Assembly: GCA_963730935.1 (NCBI GenBank)
Contig: CAVSTP010000004.1
Span: 96,001 to 160,000 of the forward strand
Source of the DNA: an uncultured Nitrospiraceae bacterium
Lineage (GTDB): Bacteria > Nitrospirota > Nitrospiria > Nitrospirales > Nitrospiraceae
Length of the DNA stretch: 64,000 bases
Reading direction: 5' to 3'
Shown piece after piece: positions 58,374 through 64,000 of this stretch (the first letter of the stretch is position 1; each line of letters opens with the position of its first letter). Position numbers and translations under genes: made by a program. Below the pieces are notes generated by a model. That model did no database searches and was not told the origin of the DNA. It saw only the letters and a program-made list of their open reading frames with translations.

Positions 58374-61049
58374 ATGGTCAAGACAAGTTTTGTGTTGAAG
58401 GGACAAGCCGTAGCCCTCATCGCCACCGCCATCGCGCTGGCTTGGCGGCTTGCCCTGGATCCCTTGCTCGGTGACCACTTACCGTACGTGACCTTTTTTG
58501 TCGCCATCGCGTTCACGACCTGGTATGCCGGTCTGGCCGCCGCTTTGACCGCGACCCTGCTGGGCGGTCTCGCTGCCGTGTGGTTTTTTATCCCGCCGCG
58601 TTTTTCTCTGGCCATCACTGATGTTTCCCAACAGGTGGGTCTTGTGACCTATGGAATGGTCAGCCTGACATTCGTTGCGTTCGGTCAGGTGATGCATCGG
58701 GCGCGGCAACGCGCCGAGAATCTTGCTCAAGGTCTACGTGCGACGGAGGAGCGGCTGACCTTGGCGCAACAAGCTTCACAGATAGGCTCGTTTGATTGGA
58801 ATCTGGAGACAGGGCTCAACACCTGGAGTCCTGAACTGTACGCCATGTACGGCATCCAACCGGATGAATTCGGCCACACCCAGGGGGCGTGGGAGCGCTA
58901 CCTCCACCCGGATGACCGCCGCATGATGATACAAGCCGTCGAGCAATCACGGACAAGTGGGGACGCGGAAGAACGGGAGTTTCGCATCATCAGACCGAAC
59001 GGCGAGATTCGCTGGTTGGTGGGCCGCTGGCGGTGCGTCAAGGGTCTCTCGGGGCAACCCGTACGGCTCACCGGTGTGAATATCGACATCACGGAGCGCA
59101 AGCGTGCGGACGACGTGGTGCGGGAAAGCGAAGCCAGGACGCGGGCAATATTTGAATCGGCGCTCGATGCCTTGATCACGATGGATGCGGAGGGGCGGAT
59201 CCAGGATTGGAATCCCGCCGCCGAACAGATGTTCGGATACAGTCAATCTCAGGCCGCCGGACGGACAATCGCCGAGCTGATCATTCCGCTGCCGTTACGT
59301 GACCGTCACAGAAAGGGATTGCAGCGGTATCTGGAAACCAGCGAGCCGACGGTGCTCGGACGGCGAATCCAAATGCCGGCTTTGAAGGCAGATGGGACCG
59401 AATTCCCGGTCGAGTTTTCAATTGCCGTGACCCGCCGACCAGGGATGCCGCCATTTTTCACCGCCTACGTGCGCGATCTTTCCGACCGGTTGCGCTCCGA
59501 GCGGGATACGGCGCATCTGGCGGCGATCGTCAAATGCTCCGATGACGCCATCATCAGCAAAGACCTGACCGGCATCGTGATGACCTGGAACCAGGCGGCG
59601 GAACGGCTCTTCGGCTATCGGGCCGACGAGATGGTCGGCCAGCCGGTGAAGACGTTGATCCCACCGGATCGTCATGACGAAGAACGCCGTATCCTCGAGA
59701 AGGTGTCTCGCGGCGAGATCGTCGAGACGTATGAAACGATCAGACGCCGTAAGGACGGCACCGACTTCCACGTCTCGCTTACTGTTTCTCCCTTGTTCGA
59801 CGCACAAGGCCGAGTGATCGGAGCTTCGAAGATCGCCCGGGACATCACGGAGCGGGTTCAGCAACAGCACGTCTTGGCTCAGAGCCGTGAACGGCTCCGT
59901 CAAGCCTTGCAATACCAGGAGGCGATCTTTAGCAACATCGGCGAAGGACTCTATACGGTGAATCGGCAGGGTCTCGTTGTCTCCATGAATCGCGCGGCTG
60001 AGCGACTGTTGGGGTGGACGAAAGACGAGCTGGTCGGAGGCAAAATGCACGACCTCACCCATTACAAGCATCCGGATGGCAGGCCATTTCCAGCCAAAGA
60101 CTGCGGCGGATTGCAGGTGCTCCTAACCGGTGTCTCTCTGGTGAACCAGGAAGACGTGTTCATCCGGAAGGATGGCAGCTTTTTCCACGTGGTCTATAGC
60201 GCCTCCCCCATTCGGTCGGGAGACGAAATCACCGGATTGGTCGTCGTGTTCCGCGACGTCACCGAGCACAAGCGCGCAGAGGATGCTCTCAGAGACCGCG
60301 ACCGGGCTTTGACCGCGGCGAACGACGAGTTAGTTCACCAAAAAGCCGGCCTGGCGGAAGCCAACAAGGAGCTGCAAAGTTTTTCCTATTCGGTCTCGCA
60401 CGATTTGCGAGCGCCTCTGCGCACCATCGACGCCTATGTGCGCATCGTCGAAGAAGACCATGGCCCGCGCTTGAACGACGAAGTGCGTCGCTGTCTGGGT
60501 ATCGTCAAAAAGGCCGCCGGCCAAGCGGGTGAGTTGATCGACGATCTCTTGGAATTCTCCCGCTTGGGCCGCGTCGGGATGGATTTGCGCCCGACCAACA
60601 TGACGGATCTTGCTCGGGAGGCGGCGGAGGAATACAACTTGACGCAGTACCGACCGGCCGTCGATCTGACCATCCGCGATCTCCCGATGTGCAATGGCGA
60701 TTGGCGCCTGCTCAAGCTCGTGTGGGTGAATCTCCTGTCGAATGCTTTCAAGTTCACACGCGATCGCGCGCTGGCCCACATCGAGGTCGGCTGGCTGCCG
60801 GACGACCGGAAGCCGAATGCTTGTGTCTACTATGTCAAAGACAACGGTGTGGGGTTCGACATGAAGTATGTGCATAAACTCTTCGGCGTATTTCAGCGCC
60901 TGCACCTGAAAGATGAGTTCGAAGGTACGGGTGTCGGCCTCGCCATTGTGCAGCGCATTGTGCAACGGCACGGCGGACGGGTCTGGGCGGAAGGCAAGCT
61001 CGACGGCGGGGCCACATTCTTTTTCTCCCTACGAAAGGCCATGGAATGA
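58374..61049 (+). CDS. DUF4118-4xPAS sensor histidine kinase
   Basis: N-terminal TM bundle, four PAS domains, FSYSVSHDLRAPLR, FQRLH, GTGVGLAIV. Confidence 0.93.
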   Translation: MVKTSFVLKGQAVALIATAIALAWRLALDPLLGDHLPYVTFFVAIAFTTWYAGLAAALTATLLGGLAAVWFFIPPRFSLAITDVSQQVGLVTYGMVSLTFVAFGQVMHRARQRAENLAQGLRATEERLTLAQQASQIGSFDWNLETGLNTWSPELYAMYGIQPDEFGHTQGAWERYLHPDDRRMMIQAVEQSRTSGDAEEREFRIIRPNGEIRWLVGRWRCVKGLSGQPVRLTGVNIDITERKRADDVVRESEARTRAIFESALDALITMDAEGRIQDWNPAAEQMFGYSQSQAAGRTIAELIIPLPLRDRHRKGLQRYLETSEPTVLGRRIQMPALKADGTEFPVEFSIAVTRRPGMPPFFTAYVRDLSDRLRSERDTAHLAAIVKCSDDAIISKDLTGIVMTWNQAAERLFGYRADEMVGQPVKTLIPPDRHDEERRILEKVSRGEIVETYETIRRRKDGTDFHVSLTVSPLFDAQGRVIGASKIARDITERVQQQHVLAQSRERLRQALQYQEAIFSNIGEGLYTVNRQGLVVSMNRAAERLLGWTKDELVGGKMHDLTHYKHPDGRPFPAKDCGGLQVLLTGVSLVNQEDVFIRKDGSFFHVVYSASPIRSGDEITGLVVVFRDVTEHKRAEDALRDRDRALTAANDELVHQKAGLAEANKELQSFSYSVSHDLRAPLRTIDAYVRIVEEDHGPRLNDEVRRCLGIVKKAAGQAGELIDDLLEFSRLGRVGMDLRPTNMTDLAREAAEEYNLTQYRPAVDLTIRDLPMCNGDWRLLKLVWVNLLSNAFKFTRDRALAHIEVGWLPDDRKPNACVYYVKDNGVGFDMKYVHKLFGVFQRLHLKDEFEGTGVGLAIVQRIVQRHGGRVWAEGKLDGGATFFFSLRKAME

Positions 61050-61504
61050 CACAGGGAATGGACATTTTGTTGATTGAAGACAATCCCGAGGACGTCGAGA
61101 TCACGTTGCGGGCCTTTCAGAAGCATCACATTGCGAACAAAATTCATGTGGTGAGAGACGGGGAAGAGGCATTGGAATGCCTGTTTTCCACCGGGCGGTA
61201 TGCGGAAGGAAGTCCCTGCCAGAATACCCGGCTCATCCTTCTCGATCTCAAGCTCCCGAAGGTCGACGGGCTGGAAATCCTACAGAAGTGCAAGAGCGAC
61301 CCACGCACCAGGCACATCCCCGTCGTCGTCCTGACCTCCTCACGTGAAGAGGAGGATCTGGCCAAAAGCTATAATTACGGCGTGAACAGCTACGTCGTCA
61401 AACCGGTCGATTTTCCGCAGTTCAGTGATGCGGTTCGGCAAGTAGGTCTCTATTGGATGCTGCTCAATCACGTGCCTGCGGAACTGTCGATGGATTCCGT
61501 ATAG
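61046..61504 (+). CDS. Rcp1-like single-domain response regulator
   Basis: ILLIEDNPED, LILLDLKLPKVDG, VLTSS, NSYVVKP, LYW. Confidence 0.94.
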   Translation: MTQGMDILLIEDNPEDVEITLRAFQKHHIANKIHVVRDGEEALECLFSTGRYAEGSPCQNTRLILLDLKLPKVDGLEILQKCKSDPRTRHIPVVVLTSSREEEDLAKSYNYGVNSYVVKPVDFPQFSDAVRQVGLYWMLLNHVPAELSMDSV

Positions 61505-61538
61505 TCATCATCACTTGTAAGGGGAAGGAGTCGGGGCT

Positions 61539-63311
61539 ATGGCAACGTTGCGCCTCTTGATCGTCGAGGATGATGCGACCGATGCTGAACTGGTCATCCG
61601 TGAACTGAGAAAAGGCGGGTTCGATCCGCACTATCGCCGGGTCGATACCCGCGAAGCATTTCTGACGGGACTGTCCGAGGAGCAGTTGGATGTGATCATC
61701 TATGACCACAACCTGCCGCACTTCAGTTCATCAGAAGCACTGCAGCTCACGCGACAGAGTGACCTAAGCATCCCGTTCATCATCGTCTCCCACGCCATCG
61801 GCGATGAAGAGGCGGTGGCGCTCATGCGTGCCGGTGCCGCCGATTATCTGCTGAAAGACCGGCTGGGACGACTGGGAGAGTCGGTCCGTCATGCCTTGGA
61901 GCAGCGGCGACTGCGCGAAGAGCATACGGCCGCCCGCAACGCCATCGTGTCGCTCAACGCGGAGCTGGAGCTTCGCATCGCATCGAGAACGGCTCAGCTC
62001 AAGGTCGCCAACCATGCGTTGGAGATGGAGTTGGGCCAACGCAAACGCGCCGAGGAGGCACTGCGCCGGTTGAACGCCGACCTGGAACAGCGCATCACGG
62101 ACCGCACGAGGGATCTCGTGGCCTCAAATCACCGCCTCCAAGCCCTTGCAAGCGAATTGACCCTGGCGGAGCAGCGCGAGCGGAAACGGCTGGCCTCGGA
62201 ACTCCACGATTATCTCGCGCAAATCCTGGCCCTGGGACGTATCAAGATGAGCCAGCTCCGCCAGAAGGTGTCGGTGGAATCGCCGGGGGTGCAGCAGCTG
62301 GTGGCGGAAATCGACAGCCTCCTCGAGAAGGCCGGTGAGTACACCCGGTCGCTAATGGCCAAACTCAACCCGCCCGTCCTGGACGAGCTGGGATTGCCGT
62401 CGGCCCTCACCTGGCTGGCCAAACAGATGCCGCTCCACGGGCTGCTGGTAGAGGTCCGTCTCGGCCAGGAGCAGGTACCGCTGCCGGACGATAAGTCGGT
62501 TCTTCTGTTTCAATCTGTGCGAGAACTATTGATCAACGTCGCAAAACATGCCGGCACCGATCGCGCCATCGTGACATTGAGGGTGGACCCCAACCAACAA
62601 CTTTCCATCGAGGTCCAGGATCAAGGGCGCGGGTTCGATCCAGTTGCCCTGGAAGCCAAGTCGGAAAACGGCCGCTTCGGACTTTTCAGCGTGAGAGAGC
62701 GCATGCAGGCGATGGGCGGCCGGCTCGACGTCACAAGCCGGCCCGGCGAAGGCACGACGATCACGATGATTTTGCCGCTCACGACGTCCAAACCGGCCGA
62801 GGCGGAAACAACGGCCGGCACGTTTGCCGATACTGCTGCGCGCCAGGCGCCGTCCGAGCAATCCATCTTTCAAATTCCGCATGCGCCGTTTCACCCGCCA
62901 CCGGGCAATACGATCCGACTGCTGCTCGTCGATGACCACACGATGGTTCGCCAGGGGCTCCGGAGCCTTTTGGAGTCGTACGAGGATGTGATGATCGTCG
63001 GCGAGGGCTCGAACGGCGATGAGGCAATCGAATTGGTGGAGCAACTGCGCCCCGCGCTGGTCGTGATGGATCTCAACATGCCGAAGAAGAACGGCATTGA
63101 AGCAACGGCGCGCATCAAAGCCCGATGGCCCGAGACCGTGGTCATCGGCCTGTCCGTCCAGGCCGGCGAGGAGGCCCGCCGGGCGATCATCAATGCCGGT
63201 GGAGCTGTTCTGCTCACGAAGGAGGCCGCCGTCGATGAGCTGTATCGAACCATACGGGAAGTCCTCGACGGTCAGATGACGAACGGCAAGGGCGTGGCAG
63301 AGGTCCATTAA
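61539..63311 (+). CDS. REC-coiled coil-HisKA_3-HATPase-REC hybrid kinase
   Basis: [28 protein letters not shown], NarL-type receiver without HTH. Confidence 0.92.
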   Translation: MATLRLLIVEDDATDAELVIRELRKGGFDPHYRRVDTREAFLTGLSEEQLDVIIYDHNLPHFSSSEALQLTRQSDLSIPFIIVSHAIGDEEAVALMRAGAADYLLKDRLGRLGESVRHALEQRRLREEHTAARNAIVSLNAELELRIASRTAQLKVANHALEMELGQRKRAEEALRRLNADLEQRITDRTRDLVASNHRLQALASELTLAEQRERKRLASELHDYLAQILALGRIKMSQLRQKVSVESPGVQQLVAEIDSLLEKAGEYTRSLMAKLNPPVLDELGLPSALTWLAKQMPLHGLLVEVRLGQEQVPLPDDKSVLLFQSVRELLINVAKHAGTDRAIVTLRVDPNQQLSIEVQDQGRGFDPVALEAKSENGRFGLFSVRERMQAMGGRLDVTSRPGEGTTITMILPLTTSKPAEAETTAGTFADTAARQAPSEQSIFQIPHAPFHPPPGNTIRLLLVDDHTMVRQGLRSLLESYEDVMIVGEGSNGDEAIELVEQLRPALVVMDLNMPKKNGIEATARIKARWPETVVIGLSVQAGEEARRAIINAGGAVLLTKEAAVDELYRTIREVLDGQMTNGKGVAEVH

Positions 63312-63314
63312 GAC

Positions 63315-64000
63315 ATGACGCGGAACGTCGTGAAGGACACGAAGGAGCCGACGAACGATTTCCTGAGCGGCGGGGGGGAAGTGACCCGCCTAGTACGGAC
63401 GTTTGATTGGGCGAAGAGCGATCTCGGGCCGGCGGAGGGCTGGCCTCAGAGCCTCAAAACCGCCGTCCGGATCATGCTCGATTCGCGCTACGCGATGTGG
63501 CTTGGCTGGGGACCAAACCTCACGTTCTTGTACAACGACGCGTACGCCAAAATGACACTTGGGCCGAAGCATCCCTGGGCCTTGGGCCGGTCCGCTCGCG
63601 AAGTCTGGAGCGAAATCTGGAGCGACATCGGTCCACGGGCTGAAGCGGTCCTAAGCACGGGCCAAGCGACCTGGGATGAAGGATTGCTCTTGTTTCTGGA
63701 GCGAATGGGATTTCCCGAGGAGACCTACCACACCTTTTCCTATAGTCCTGTGCCCGATGATCAGGGCGCCATCGGGGGTATGCTCTGCGTCGTTACGGAG
63801 GACACCGGGCGGACGATCGGCGAACGCCGGTTGCGGACGCTACGGGAACTCTCGGCCCAGACGAACGAAGAAACGAAATCGGTCGAGGACACGTGCCGTA
63901 TCACCGCTCGGATTCTCGGTGCCAATCCCCATGACGTGCCGTTCGCACTGTTGTACTTGCTGGATGCCCCAGACCGGCAGGCTCACCTGGCGGCAATCGC
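63315..64000 (+). CDS. PAS/GAF sensor kinase, 5' part (runs off the window)
   Basis: Manual translation MTRNVV...GGGEV...FDWAKSDLGPAEGWPQSLKTAV...LYNDAY...KHPWALG...ETYHTFSYSP; open to the window end. Confidence 0.85.
   Translation, partial: MTRNVVKDTKEPTNDFLSGGGEVTRLVRTFDWAKSDLGPAEGWPQSLKTAVRIMLDSRYAMWLGWGPNLTFLYNDAYAKMTLGPKHPWALGRSAREVWSEIWSDIGPRAEAVLSTGQATWDEGLLLFLERMGFPEETYHTFSYSPVPDDQGAIGGMLCVVTEDTGRTIGERRLRTLRELSAQTNEETKSVEDTCRITARILGANPHDVPFALLYLLDAPDRQAHLAAI

Overview
This is a GC-rich bacterial chromosome segment; gene content and style suggest Nitrospira/Nitrospirota, which is an inference. (i) 1-1.5 kb looks like the edge of an integrated, lower-GC element. A tRNA-Ser(CGA) gene is cut just after its anticodon loop and followed by att-arm-like repeats and a Zn-ribbon/DUF559-like nuclease gene. 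(ii) 1.7-20 kb is housekeeping-like: PPTase, tadA, an ECF sigma/anti-sigma pair, a pagL-like gene, a SagB-type nitroreductase, ycbK, glgB, an ArsB/NhaD transporter and a large MscS channel. (iii) 20-46 kb is a general-stress/desiccation-type cluster: diheme cytochrome c, SRPBCC proteins, DUF4142, Spy, FKBP, SOD, two MFS transporters, BON, glgC-treY, a YqjD/E-like trio, DUF748, YihY, Ku and topoisomerase IB. Its 22.5-28.4 kb part is visibly decaying. (iv) 46.5-64 kb is a large signalling cluster led by a 2100-aa poly-HAMP hybrid kinase and an OsaB-like receiver fused to a HisKA_2 kinase. A recurrent 16-bp palindrome (CTAGGG-N4-CCCTAG) lies upstream of both kinase operons and several stress operons, suggesting one co-regulated system. 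All family calls come from motif recognition by eye, not from database searches.
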